Source of the DNA: Felis catus
Lineage: Eukaryota
Direction of reading: 5' to 3'
DNA: 64,000 nt
NCBI RefSeq assembly: GCF_018350175.1
Contig: NC_058369.1
Location: forward strand, 10,108,001-10,172,000
The position numbers and the translations under genes are program-made. Each line of letters opens with the position of its first letter. The first letter of the stretch is position 1. Below the pieces are notes generated by a model. The model did not search any database, had not been told where the DNA came from, and saw only the letters and a program-made list of their open reading frames with translations. Positions 49,181 to 61,385 of this stretch are shown here, piece by piece.

Positions 49181-49439
49181 TTAAAAAGAAAGAAGGAAAG
49201 GGGCGTGTTGCTAAGAGCCAGCCCCTCTCGTGGCCCGCCCTTGCTTCTCTCACTGGCTGTATGAAACTCCAATCCCTTTAGACGGTTGCTGAACCCACTA
49301 AGCTTCCATCAAAGTCTTAATGGCCGGGGTGTGAAGGTGCTGCTTTAAAGAATCGTTGACGTCTCGGGCTTTAAGCAGCTTGTCTCTCACGTCCCCCTCA
49401 CTTCCCTAAACCTTGGGAAGGCGTGAAGCTGGGGACGCT

Positions 49440-50125
49440 TTGGGGTTCAGCTGTGCCCCTGAGAAGCTCCCTGGGTTCCAGGGCCACCTCCTGCCTGGCT
49501 AGCTCGGCAGCTGCTTATAAACCGGCTATTTATAGCTCCACCCCCCCCCCCAGCCACGTCACGGCCCCCCACCCAGGCCACCAGTGAAGTCAGACCGATG
49601 GGGAAGGGGAAATGGGTTACGAGCTGGAGTCTGTTTGCGGCTTATGGGTGCCCGTGCCATTTCCTGGGGGCCTTTGTTTCCTAGAAGAGCCAAGAACACT
49701 GAAGTGACAGCTACACCCACTTGCCTTACCCCAGTGGGTCTTGGGGTGGAAGAGGTGGGAGAACGGGGCGCTGGGGACAGCGGGCACAAACGCGTGCCCT
49801 CTTCCTGGGCCTGGAACGCATGCGTGCCCGCCCCTTGCAGGCGTCCCAGCCTCTTGTCGCCCTGGGCTGTGGCCGTGGCCGTGGGCAACTCCACCGCGTC
49901 TCTCTCTGTGTACCCCCATCCAAGCAGACAAACTGCCCCCCCAAGACCGCCCACAGCCTCAGCCCCAGGAGACAGAGGCCCAGGGAGTCTTGGGGGCCCA
50001 GGCCAGGGAGGCACACGTGCAGTGGTGGCCTTCACTCCCACTCCGCCCCAGGGCTGAGGCCCCAAATAGCTTGGCGTCTATATTTAGAAGTTTGCTCAGC
50101 GGTGCCAGGGAACTATAAATATGGC
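49440..50125. promoter_or_regulatory. Candidate MEF2/E-box enhancer upstream of ADGRE5
   Basis: Two perfect CTA(A/T)4TAG sites (49526-49535, 50078-50087), a near match at 50113-50122, and CAGCTG E-boxes at 49448 and 49508. Confidence 0.55.
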
Positions 50126-52818
50126 CCAACTTAGCGCTGCCTCCTAACTCCCCAGGCTGGGCTGGGCCGGGCTCTGCACCGGGAGCCCCTAGGCAGGTGG
50201 ATGCTGGGGGTCCCGGCCCTGGCGAATCCAGGTGTCCAGCCTGCAGGAGGAGACAAAGGGCCCATGGTCGGGCCTGCCCTGGTTTGGGGGGTCAGGGTCG
50301 GCCAGTGGCCTCCCACTTTCTTCCCTGGCTTCCTGGCTCCGGGACAGCTGTCTGGCCTCACAATAGCTGTGCCGCCCTCCCGGAGCCAGCAGCTGGGCTC
50401 ATCCGCGTGGGGGCTGGCCCGGCCCCTTCCTCTGCCATTGTCTCCCAGGCAGGGGGCTTCCTGTTAGCCCCCCTCCACCCAGAGACCCCATCTGACCCCC
50501 TACCTCAGCATGAGCTTGAGCTTGCGTGGGTGCTGGGCATAGGCAGGTAGCACAAGAAACCAGGAGGCAGGACACTGGGGACGCTTGTCTCCCTCCCCAC
50601 CGCAGCCAAGAGAAGGGGGAGCATCCTGACAGCCACAGCCGTTGTTCACGGAGCGTCCACTCCCAGCTATGCCCCTGCGATTATGACCCTCTCTTTTATG
50701 ACCCTCACCTGCGCTTGGGCCAGGTTCCGACCGTTTCACAGACGAGGAAACTGAGGCCCAGGGACATCACCTCCCCAAGACCACACGATCCAAAAGAGGA
50801 AGAGATCGGGTTTGTCCAGGACCTCTGATATGAGATGGGGGTGCCCTGTGGACTGTGCAAGTCAGTTCACCGCTCCGTGCCTCAGTTACCCTGTCAAGTG
50901 GAAATCACAGCACCTGCCTCCTAGGGCTATTGGGAAGAAAAGTGAGTTCAATCCCTGTAGCACGCTTAGGAGTGGGCCAGGTATACAGTAGGCGCTGGAT
51001 GAGTGCCATCTTCCACCACCATGATTTGTTACTGTTGTAGCTATAATAATAAAAAATATATATAGACCACAAAACGGTACAATACAATATAAAGAGTATT
51101 ATTATTATTATTGGTTGAATAATCCTGGCTCGGCCACCTCCTAGCTGAGGAATCTCGTGCCGGTGGCCCAACTGTCCAGGGGCCAGTTCCCCATCTGACA
51201 AATAGGGACCCACGTCCCTGCCTCCCTGTTGTGGAACAGAGGTCACAAGATTGTCCGGGGGGGTCTGCCAAATAGGTCAGCGGGGCTGGAGCCTCAGGGC
51301 AGAGGGAAGGGGGAGAAACAACTTGACGCCCCAGCAGGGGCCAGATCAGGAAGCCCGAAGGGGTTCTCTGTCAGTGGGGGGCAGCGACAGCAGCCTGTGT
51401 GGGGTGTTACTAAGTCTATGGGGTGCAGGCTCTGTGCCAGCACTGCAGAGACACAAACAGACCAAAATCCTGACCCCTGAGCGGAGAGTCTAGTGGGGCC
51501 CAGACAGTAAATAAGGTAAGTAGGTATATTCCATGATGGGAGTTGGTGAGAATCGAGAAAACAGGGAGGAGGTGGGGTGCTGAGGACGGTAGGGGTTACA
51601 TTTGGACTTGAGGGCTGGGTCAGGAAATTGAGCAAAAACATGGAGGGGAGGAGGGAGGGAGCCTTGAGGTCATCTAGGATAAGAATGCTCCAGGCTGCAG
51701 CAACAGTCTGTGCAAAGGCCCTGAGGTCCTGAGGTCAGACTGTGCCCCGTGTTTTCCATAAGGAAGGCTGCAGCAAGTGAGCAAGGTTAGAGCAGGAGGA
51801 GGTGAGGGTAGAGGGGTGACAGGGCAGATCGTGCAGGAGGACTTGGGGTTTTACCAGTGACGTGGGAGCTACGGAGGGTTCTTGAGCAGAGGAGGGATGT
51901 GACCTGACTCGGGCATTCCCAGGTAGCTTCGGGCCACTGTGAGGGGGAACTGAGTGTAGGCAGGAGCCAGAACACCGAGGCCAGAGATGATGGGCCTAGA
52001 CGAGGGTGGGGGCCAATGAGAAGGAGAGGTAGGAAGATTCTGGGTCTATCTGAAGGCAGGGCCACAGGATTTGCTGACGGGCCAGATTGTGGTGGCGGTG
52101 GTGGTAAGGATGTCCTCCTTCATGACTTCCCCAAGCTTGCAGCCGATATCTTGAAGCCTTTTCTCCTGTTACCCTGTTCTGTGAGGCCAGTTGGCAGGCA
52201 TTTTAATCCCATTCACCAGACAAAAAAAACTGAGTCCCAGGGAGGTCAGACCTGCTCCAAGGTCCCAAGACACCTACCAGGGAGGAAAAGCCCAAAGCAT
52301 AGATGGTCCCCGAGGACGAGGATGGGTGTGGGGACAATATCTGCCGCCTCCCCCAGGCAGGAACCCCCAAACCCCACCTTCTCCAGATACCCAGCTGTCT
52401 GGCCTGCAGGCCTGTGGGGAGGTGATGTCCAGCCCAGCCCTGAGGTTGGTTTCCAGATTCTGGGAAAAAGCCCCAAATCCACTCCAGACCTGGTCTGGCC
52501 CCCTCCCCTCCCAGCCTCCAGCCAGGTCCTCTTCTGCCTCCAAGCCCCTTGGGTGCCTGCGGCAGAAGCCTTCCCAGGCCCGACCCAAGACAAAGGGACG
52601 GTGGGGGAGGGGAGGGAGAGCGCCGGAAGGGGTTAACTCCCGGGGCGGAGGTGCTCCAGCATCTCTGGGATAATGCTTCTCTGCCTTCAGCCGTTGGTGA
52701 CCTTTTTTTTGTCCGTGACCAACTATCCTTCCCTTTCGACCTATCCTGCACTTCCTATGTTCTTTAATCTTCGACACTTTTGCAGCCCTGAAACCACTCA
52801 TTTAAAAAGGTAACTCGA

Positions 52819-53040
52819 GGGGCGCCTGGGTGGTTGGGTCCGTTGAGCGTCTGACTTTGGCTCAGGTTCGTGAGTTAGAACCCCACATCAGGCTAGCTGC
52901 TGTCAGCAAAGAGCCTGCTTCGGATCCTCTGTCCCCCGAACCTGCCCTTCTGCTGCCCCTCCCCTGCTCTCACTCTCTCTCAAAACGAAACATTAAAAAA
53001 AAAAAAAAAAAAAAAGGAAAGAAAAAAAGAAACATTAAAA
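52819..53040 (+). mobile_element. CAN-SINE, the last before ADGRE5
   Basis: ggggcgcctgggtgg head and A-rich tail. Confidence 0.88.
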
Positions 53041-53971
53041 AGGAAACTTTAGATTGACATCCTAGTTGCAAAACCCTTTGGTTGGCCTCCAGGTGGATAC
53101 TGCCCCCTCCCCCCCCCCCCGCCCCCCCAAACCCCAGGGCCCCAGGGGCGCCAAGGTATTAAAGACAAATTAGCACCCAGTAGAGACTTTCTTCTGGACC
53201 TCTGGAGCTCTGGCAGGGACTGGAGGGACTGGGCTGCCCGCATATGCGTCTCTGCTCAGCCCTTTTCCACCCGTGCCTCAGTCTCCCCCTCCGTAAATTA
53301 GGAATCATAGTCCCGCCTGCCTTGCAGGTGCTTTGCAAAGTGAATGAACTCAAATAGATGCATAGATAATTCTAGGAGAATCAGGCCTGGCTGAGATGAA
53401 GAAGCACTTTATAAATAATAGCGTTTTTAAAAAATTATTGGACGCCTCAAGAGACAAGCCAGTCATGTGACTTATTAGGAAAGAAAACAACTCTTCTATC
53501 TTGTGATTCCCTGTTGCTGCCCAGAAGCCCCTGAAATACAAGTTTCCCACCAAGGTAAGCGCTGGCCCAGAAAGGCCAGCTCTGGAAGCATGGAGGCCCC
53601 GAGGCTCTGCCATTTCTCTTCTTGGTGCCGGCCTAGCACCCATGAAGGGCCCCTTCGGGCCTCTCCGGCTCCCGTGGGACTCTGGACTCTCTGGACCTGT
53701 TTCCTCACCTGGAAAACAGGGATGGGGGTTACGGTTGGCGTCGATGCGACGCCGGGGACCCGGGCATGGCAAGGCAGTGAGCACAGGGCCATGCCCAACT
53801 CGGGAGCCCCAAGCTATTTCGAAAAGCCAGGGGGCCCTGGGCAAGACTCCCTCCCCACTCCTGCCCACACGTCCCCACTTTCCCCTTGGATACGCCCAGT
53901 GCACACACACGGGGCCGGAGTTTGTCAGCCGCTCAAATGGTGGAAAAGCAGACAGAGGATTTGCGGGCAGG

Positions 53972-53972
<1 letters not shown>

Positions 53973-54048
<76 letters not shown>
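53973..54048. repeat. Compound microsatellite (TG)23(AG)15
   Basis: Read directly from the sequence. Confidence 0.95.
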
Positions 54049-54049
<1 letters not shown>

Positions 54050-54051
<2 letters not shown>

Positions 54052-54260
54052 GTGCTACGCCCCTGGATCTGTGTTTTTACTGCATTTTCCTGTTGGCTTC
54101 CAGCTGCCCCGCCAGTTCCGGGGAGGGCCCTGGGCCAGCGGCTGTCCTCCCCCCCCTTAATAAAGGCTGGGCCAGCCCCGGGACACCACGCAGCTGCCCA
54201 GCCTGGGGACACCAGCCTGCCCTGCCCATCCTCTGCTTCCCCCGGCCCCGGGTTCAGACC
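54050..54260 (+). promoter_or_regulatory. ADGRE5: ADGRE5 proximal promoter and 5' UTR with a TATA-like TTAATAAA at 54157-54164
   Basis: The only AT-rich box in GC-rich sequence, ~100 nt upstream of the ATG; no upstream ATG between the box and the start codon; TTCC ETS cores nearby. Confidence 0.6.
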
Positions 54261-54300
54261 ATGGGAGGCACCGGCCACAGCGTCTTTTTCCTCCTTTACG
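54261..54300 (+). CDS. ADGRE5: ADGRE5/CD97 coding exon 1 (MGGTGHSVFFLLY, start of signal peptide)
   Basis: ATG in strong Kozak context (agaccATGG); 40 nt then donor G|GTGAGA (phase 1); MGG... start resembles recalled human and bovine CD97 N-termini; splices in frame to exon 2. Confidence 0.88.
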
Positions 54301-56164
54301 GTGAGAATTTGGGGACCCCCCGGGAGGGACGAGGGGGCTGCGGAAAGCACCCCTTGGAGCCTTGACACTCCCTTCACCGTGGAGAAAAGGAAGGTGTGGC
54401 TGGCAGCTTGGGGCGGGGGCGGGGGGGGCCCGCGGCACAGGAAGAAGCCACATGGCCAGGCGGGCACATGGAGAGAGGGGCTGGCAGTGCCCAGGCACCC
54501 CCCTGCCCTGGCAGAGACTCCCAAGGTGCTCTGGGACCCCCCACTCCCACTCAGAGGGATCTCTAAGCTCTGTCCCAGAGACACTTTGGAGGCTGCTCCT
54601 TAAGAGGGAAAACTGAGGCATGGGGAAAGGAAGGGGGCAAAAAGTAAGTGCTGGGGCCCTGTAGGCAACTGCTTTTAATATAGGGCATGGGCAGTGCTGG
54701 GGACCTGGGAGCCAGGACCCCTCTAATGCGGGGGGGGGCACTCCCAACATGTCCCCCACTATCTCAGTGACAGGGGGAGCCCCAGAGACCCCATTCTTGC
54801 TCTCCCAGTCCCAGCCAGGACTCCCCTGTGAGTTGAAGGAATTTTGCCCGCTAGGGGTTTGAACTTGATTTCACTGTAGCGTCCTCCCACCCCCACCCTG
54901 CCTCCCTTCCCGCCCCACCCAGGGTGGCTTTAACGGTCGTTGCCTGAGCAACCAGGCAACAAAGAGAGTGAAGAAATGACACCGGGGGTGCCCAGACCAG
55001 AGCTTCCCTGGGCCACAGGGACAGGGGGTTTCCCTGTGCTGGCCCAGGGTGCCAGGCGTGAGCTCAGGTCCTCCCCAACACCCCTACCCCTGCTCTCCTC
55101 CGGAGCAAGGGACAGGAGCCTAAGTGGGACACAACTGATGGGGGGGGGTCACTGGGGCCACGCACAGAGCCCCTGAGCCTCACTTTCCACATCAGGAAAA
55201 TGGGGTGAGTCTGGTCTTCACTTTACAGAGTTAAGGACTGAGTGAGTTTGTGCCCAAACTATTCCTGGCAGGGAGTGGAGTTCACAGTTAAGAATTAAGC
55301 AAACAGTACTTTAGTTTTTTATTTTAATTTGTTATTATTTTCTTCTGGGTTGGACACTGGCGGGTCAGACGGACGGGCTGGGGGGTTTCCTTAGCGGGAG
55401 GAGCAAGAGAGTGACTGCCCCGGCCCCACCCCAGGGTCCCGAAGCAAGAATCGAATTGCGTTGCCTGCAATGCAAACCAGATGGGACAGAGAGGGGATGA
55501 CCAGCAGCTCCTCTCCCAGCTCCTGTTTGGGTGACTTCCAAGGCCCCAGATGGAGCCGGCCTGGCCCAGCAGCCTTGGTGGTTGGGGAGGAGCCCCGCCC
55601 AGGCCCCAGTGGAGGTTTTGGGGTGCAAAGGACCCCTCCACGCCAGGGTCTGGGAACTTGAGCTCAATCCCACCTTCCTTGGCCCCCCTTTTTCCACCAG
55701 ATTCTTCCTGAGCTTTTTCTGGGCTCCAAGCCTTGTTTGTCCATCTATAGAATGGACGGAACCAGAACCTGCCAGGGCATTTCTGAGCATGACAGTGGCT
55801 ATTTGGGGCTTTGGGAGCTGGGAACAGATCAGCCACGGCCCATACTGCCAGGGAGGGTCATTTTGTGGTCTGTCTTGCAAAGAGGAACTGGGTCCTGGCC
55901 GAGGGGGGAATTAGCCAAGCCCTGTGGCCAGAGAGGAGGAAGGGAGGCAGGAATCCTCGTTAGAGGGAGGGGAAGGGCATTCTAGCCTCAGTTTACTCTG
56001 ACTCGAGGGCCCTGAGGCAGGGGGCAGGGGGGGGGGTGGTGGTGGTGTCTCTGGCTCCACTTGGCCTAAGGGGTATCAAGTCTGGACACAGGAACTGAGG
56101 GGTCAGGGCACCTTCCCGTCTGCACCCGCTGCAGCCCTTCCAACTGTGCTCACAACGACGGACC

Positions 56165-56245
56165 CCAGAATTCCCCTAGGAGCCCCATCCAGGGGCAACA
56201 CAATGTGACTCATCCCTTCCCCTCGGCCCAGGAAGTGACTCATGC
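56165..56245. promoter_or_regulatory. Candidate intron-1 enhancer: two AP-1 sites, one fused to an ETS site
   Basis: TGACTCA at 56206-56212 and 56236-56242; AGGAAGTGACTCA composite. Confidence 0.5.
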
Positions 56246-57447
56246 CCTCCCTTCCTCCCTCCCTCCCCGTCTCCATCCCCTCACCCACCACCCCACTTTG
56301 GGTCTCCCTGGATAATCGGGGTCTCCCCAGCTTCGCCAGCATTCCTAGCCTGGCAGGGAGTGGAGGTCTCCCCCAGCCCTTCCCAGGCCCCCACCTGCTG
56401 CTGAAGCACCCTCTGCCCTCCCTCCCTTCCCGTTTCCATTCACCCCCCTTTCCAGTTGTATCCGTCTCCCTATCTTGCTCTCAATCTCTCCATTTCTGTC
56501 TCTCTGTCCAATCTCTGCCATCTCAGTCTCTCTATTTCCGTAAGTTCCTGATTTCTCTGTCCATCTCCTTCTAGCACAGCCTTAACTTCTGCCTGATTCT
56601 CTCCCTCCACCTGTCCTGTTCCCTTTCTCCCTGTCTCTCCCCCCGCCCCCTCTCCTTCTCTTCCATCACGATCTCCTTGTCTCTCTCACTGGTGAACAAG
56701 GAGCTCCCTGTCTCTAGAGCCCCTGTTGACTTGAGGAGGACCCCCAAACCCATGCCGTGGGAATAGGGTCCCCCTGAACAGCAGGAACGGCATTAGACGA
56801 GCACCACCCCCCACACTGAGCCCACAGCGTCTTCCTGTGTGCAGGGAGCCTGGGGTGAAATGTCACCACTGGGTCCCAAGCCGGTCGTTGGGCTGACAGA
56901 TGTGGGTGTGGTGTGCGTGCACCTGTGTCCCTGAGCCAGGGTGTGGGGGCTGGAGCATCAGAGATTCGAACACCTGGTCCAACCCCTTCACTGGTATAGG
57001 AAGGAATAACGATGGTAAAACTTGGACACACCAGGCAGTATCCACGAGCCTGATTCTCACACGCCTCCAAGAAATGCTGCCAATTAACATCCCCATTCTG
57101 CAGATGGGGAAACTGAGGCACCGAAAAGTGAGGCAACCGGAACAAGGTCTGGGATTCGAACCAAGGCCACCTGTCGCCAACTGAACTGTTGCCGCAGCTG
57201 GGTCCCTTCCCCACCCTGTCCAAAACCCATCCCCAGACAACAGGTCGCAGACACTCTGGCCGTGGTTGTTGGAGTCCAGGGAGGGCTGCCCACTCTCTCA
57301 TTAGGCGATGGACAGAGCCCAAGCCTGGGAGCGCTCAGCAGCCCCCTGCCCTCAGATGTGTCACCCTCAGGCCCCCATCATTCCTTCCTTGCTCTGGGGT
57401 CCCCTCCCCAACCCCCCAACAACACACACCCTCTGTCTCTGTTCCAG

Positions 57448-57498
57448 TGCTGTGTGTCTTGTGGACCCTGTTCGAAGCTGAATCTCAGAAAACCAGTG
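57448..57498 (+). CDS. ADGRE5: ADGRE5 exon 2 (VLCVLWTLFEAESQKTS, rest of signal peptide)
   Basis: Acceptor ctctgtctctgttccag|, donor G|GTGAGT, 51 nt phase 1-1; hydrophobic stretch followed by a plausible signal-peptidase site. Confidence 0.9.
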
Positions 57499-57712
57499 GT
57501 GAGTCTGCGGCAAAGTCAGCCACAGCCACAGCCTGGGGAGGGGGCCCTGGACCCCCACAGCCCAGGCAGGAGAGGTCTGATGCAGGGGGAAGGCCAGGGC
57601 TGCCCCTCCCAGCAACCCCAACTTTGGAGATGATCCTGCCCACCGCCCCCCCCCCCCCTCCCCAGCACCTGGCTCAGACCTCACCTTCCAACTGTGGTCA
57701 CCATCCCCACAG

Positions 57713-57832
57713 ACTGTGCTCGCTGGTGCCCCCTGAACTCCAGATGTGTCAACGCCACGGCCTGTCGCTGCTCTCCGGGGTTCACTTCTTTATCTGGGGA
57801 CATCTTCACCAACCGCTTGGAGAATTGTGATG
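57713..57832 (+). CDS. ADGRE5: ADGRE5 exon 3, EGF1 ([40 protein letters not shown])
   Basis: cacag| acceptor, G|GTACAG donor, 120 nt; [19 protein letters not shown] is the CD97/EMR2 EGF1 signature. Confidence 0.95.
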
Positions 57833-58373
57833 GTACAGGGGCCTGGGGGGAGGGGGTGGGGGTGGGGCATGGAGATGGTGAGGCATAGCCCAGTGCCCAT
57901 GGGAGATGTGAGTGGAGGTTGGGGTCTCTGCCTTTGGCCTTGGGACTCTCATCAAGGGCACAGAAAAGAGAAGGGAAAAGATATAAAGGTGGGAAATAAG
58001 AAGTGAACAAACTGGAGAGAGAGGAGCTGGGTCTCCAGGACCCCTGGAGTCTATGCTCCGGTTTGCCCTTCCAGGACTGGGAGGAAGATGCTGAGATGCC
58101 GCCCACACCGCATCTCAGCACTCCCTGCTGTGCTCAAATCCGGGCTGCCAGCCAGAGGGCAGAGAAGAGCAGAGCTGATTGAGTGGGCTTCAGGAACGGC
58201 TTGCTCCAGCTGCAGCCCAGCCTCTGCAGTAGAGCTCAAGAGTCTAATCATTTCTTAAGAAACACTGATGAAGCGTGGGGCCCCATGCTGGGGAGTCAGG
58301 CCGGGGGTAGGGATCTCCTCCCCACAGGAACTCATGCATTTGGGAGGTGACCCTTTGTCCTGTTGTGTTCCAG

Positions 58374-58529
58374 ACATCAATGAGTGTGGGCCACCCTTGG
58401 CAGTGTCCTGTGGAAAATTTGCAGACTGCCAGAACACAGAAGGGAGCTACCACTGCGAATGCAGCCCCGGTTACCTGCTTGCTTCTGGGGCAAAAGCATT
58501 CAGGAATGAGAGTGAGAACACGTGTCAAG
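58374..58529 (+). CDS. ADGRE5: ADGRE5 exon 4, calcium-binding EGF2 (DINECGPPLAVSCGKFADCQNTEGSYHCECSPGYLLASGAKAFRNESENTCQ)
   Basis: ttccag| acceptor, G|GTAAGA donor, 156 nt; six-Cys cbEGF pattern with DINEC and NESENTCQ. Confidence 0.95.
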
Positions 58530-61385
58530 GTAAGAACCACCCCACACCTTCCATCTCCCCGCCTACGAGGTTTGGGGTGACCAGAGCCATCGCTAAAGCA
58601 TCCCGGGGGCGGGATGAGTCGGGACAGGTATGTCTGTTCCTGGGCCACCAGCACAGAGAGGCGGGGTAGCGGGAGGGACAAGGGCCTGAATCCTGGCTTT
58701 GCCACTTGATAGCTGTGTGTGTGACCCTGGCCAGGATACTTATTCAGAAATCACCGTTAATGCGCAAGATGTGATATTATCGTGATTTTGTGTTAAGGAA
58801 AAAAAAAAAAGAATCTCTAGTTTTTACAGATAAAAACAAAAGCAGCTTTGCCTTTTGTTAACCGGGGGACCTTGGACAAGTGATCCCGCCTCTCTGTGCC
58901 TCAGTTTACCCATCTGTAAAAAAAAAAGGGGGGGGGTGACAATGGTGCTTACCTCATGGAATTGCCAGGAAGGGAGGCAGCAAAGCACAGAACAGTGGTG
59001 GCTGCTGGGTTTTATGATCTGATGCACCCTCTCCGGGATGGGCGTCCCCAGGGCCTGTGCCCAGGGTGGGCACTGAGACCCCACTGTAATCCCATCTCTT
59101 GCCGTGGTCTTGCACAGTGAGGACACCGTTCAGGCCCAGAAGCCAGCCTCCGCGCATCACCAGGCTTTGCCGCCCTTCCAGGGAGAACAGCAGGCAGCGG
59201 AAGGGGCTTCGGGCATCCTCAGGGGGCTGGGGGGCGGGCAGCAGTGGCCACAGGGGGTTAGTGTAGAATACAGAGAGAGGAGAGGAGGAGAGCAGAAGTG
59301 AGGTGAGGACGGGGCAGAGCTGAGGGTCCAGAGGACTCTAAGGAGGGTCCAAGGCACCCCCCCACCCCCCGCCAGCCACTGTGGAGAGAAGAGCCCACAG
59401 CCTTGGTCCCAGCCCCTTCCTGCCCTGCATGCAGACAGAGGGCTGCAGAGCCTCCCTGGTGGGAGGGAAGGGGGCACCTGCACTTCCGTGGAGCCCAGCA
59501 ATGCTGGTCCCGAGGGGCCCCTGTGGGTCAATCTTGTGGCCCAGACATGTGGCCTCGCCAGAGGACAGAGTGGGAAATGGAAATGGAAATGGAAAAAGGT
59601 CCCTCATTTCCAGGTGAATATAGCACGTTTGGGGAATGGAGAGTGGGCCGGGTTTCAACTCCCACTTGCCTCCCGGGCCAGATGCCCCTGTGCACCGAGC
59701 AACCTGCACAACTGCACATGGTGATCATGGATCCCACCCAGTGTGCCTGGACAGGCAATGCCACCCACCCACTGTTGTGGTGCTTGTGGTTATCGAGGGG
59801 CTGCATTGCTGTGTTACAACAGGCCAGGGCTGAGAGACGGGGACTCTGTCAGGCGGCTGGGTAGACACATAACAAGAGACGGGAGAGGGACCGCCACGGA
59901 CCTCAAGCTGGGTGACAGGGAAGGGAGAGTCTCCGCTGGTTTGGCCCAGGACCTGCCACCTGAAGACCCAGCTCTGTGAAGGGCTCAGCCTCTGTCGCAG
60001 CCGAGGACGCATCACCCATGTCGTGGCAGTGCATCTGGCCACAGGCAGGGGAGACCCAGGCTGCTCTGCGGGCCCCTTGCCCCGCCCTCCCCAGGCATCA
60101 AAGGATGTCCTTGTCACCTACCTGGTGACCCGCACCTCTCTGAACCCCCCGGCTCAGGCCCCTCCACAGAGGGTCACCCCTGGATGTTTGCGAGCAGGCC
60201 CACAGCCCCTGGCCAGCCCTGCCCTAGCCAGCATCCTGCCTGGAGAAGGCCCCTCCTGATGCCCTGATCACCACCCCCCTTCTCAAGCACTGGGCCTCCC
60301 TCTATTTCCCCGCATAAGGCTCCGTCCCCACCCTCCCCAGTAACTTTGGTTCAGGGGCCTGAGGGCAACCCGGCTGACCAGGACCCGGAGGATGTGTCTG
60401 GGGTGGGCCAGGTGACAGCAACCCTCCCCCACCCCCCACCATTTGCACACTTGGAGAGTCAGGTGAACCAAGAGGCTCCCCCTCTGGACCAGATGACAAG
60501 GGAGACTGTCATCCAGGACCATTGCCCCAGGCCCAGCCCTCTCCTGAGGGACAGAAGATAGAGGCTGAGCCCCATTCGGCTGGGCCCAGTGTCTGCCCCC
60601 CTGGGGGGAGCCCAAGGGCCAAGAAGACACAATCGTCTGTCATGCCTCGCCCATCAGCACCTGCTCCCTCCTCCAGTCCTCGCCCGCTGCTGGCCTCCCT
60701 CAGACGTGGATCCTCACCGCTTCCTGCCAGTCTAGGGAATGCCCTCATGGGAAAAAGGCATCTTCACTGCCCCAAGGCCGCCCGACTGGACATCAGCAGC
60801 ACCGTCCACCCCAGCCTGGCGCCCACCGTCCATCCTTACTCTCCCTGCCCCTGCCCCAAAGCCTCGTCTTTTAAAGGCCTGGCTTGGGTGTGGGACCTGT
60901 CCATCGCCGTGGAGCTGGAGTCTCAGAGTTAGCGTGGATGGGAGCGTGCCGTCTGTCCCCTGAGGGTGACCGGGATTCCAAGGGGAATTCAGCCAGCAAG
61001 CGGCCACCCTGGCGAAGTCAGGGTAAAGGCCGTGGCTGGGAGCCCTGACAGGTCCTGGTCTGCTGTGCAGCATTTCCCTGGCACTCGGCTCTCAGGAAGG
61101 CCCACCCTGGACTTGTCCAAGTCCTCAGGCTGGGACACAGGTGGTCATGCGTCCCTGCCCCAGCTGGGAACCACCCAGAGAGGCAGACGGGAGGACTCAG
61201 GCTGCTTCCTGCCACATCTGGACAACCGAACATCTGGGCCACCATGCTTTGCCCCTAGGACGCCTCCATGTGAATTAGAAAAGCACCCCCGCTCGCTGAG
61301 GAGGAGACGGCGGGGCCTTCCAGATGCTTCTATCCCAGGAAACAGCTGCAGGCAGCCCTCCAACACCCTCTCCTTCCCCCTGCAG

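Noticed and set aside
53503..54603. 366-aa ORF, the longest in the track
   Set aside because: Non-ATG start; runs through the TG/AG microsatellite (VCVC/ERER) and promoter, out of frame with ADGRE5 exon 1; chance ORF in GC-rich DNA.
59575..59635. Minus-strand SPNVLYSPGNEGPFSI resembling a cadherin-repeat segment
   Set aside because: No flanking DxD or DxNDN motifs; runs into a (GGAAAT)3 repeat; likely coincidence.
59645..59680. Minus-strand WELKPG matching EGF5, suggesting an inverted EGF pseudo-exon
   Set aside because: Only ~18 nt similar, no cysteine pattern around it, and it resembles a MIR-like gggattTgaaccc motif.
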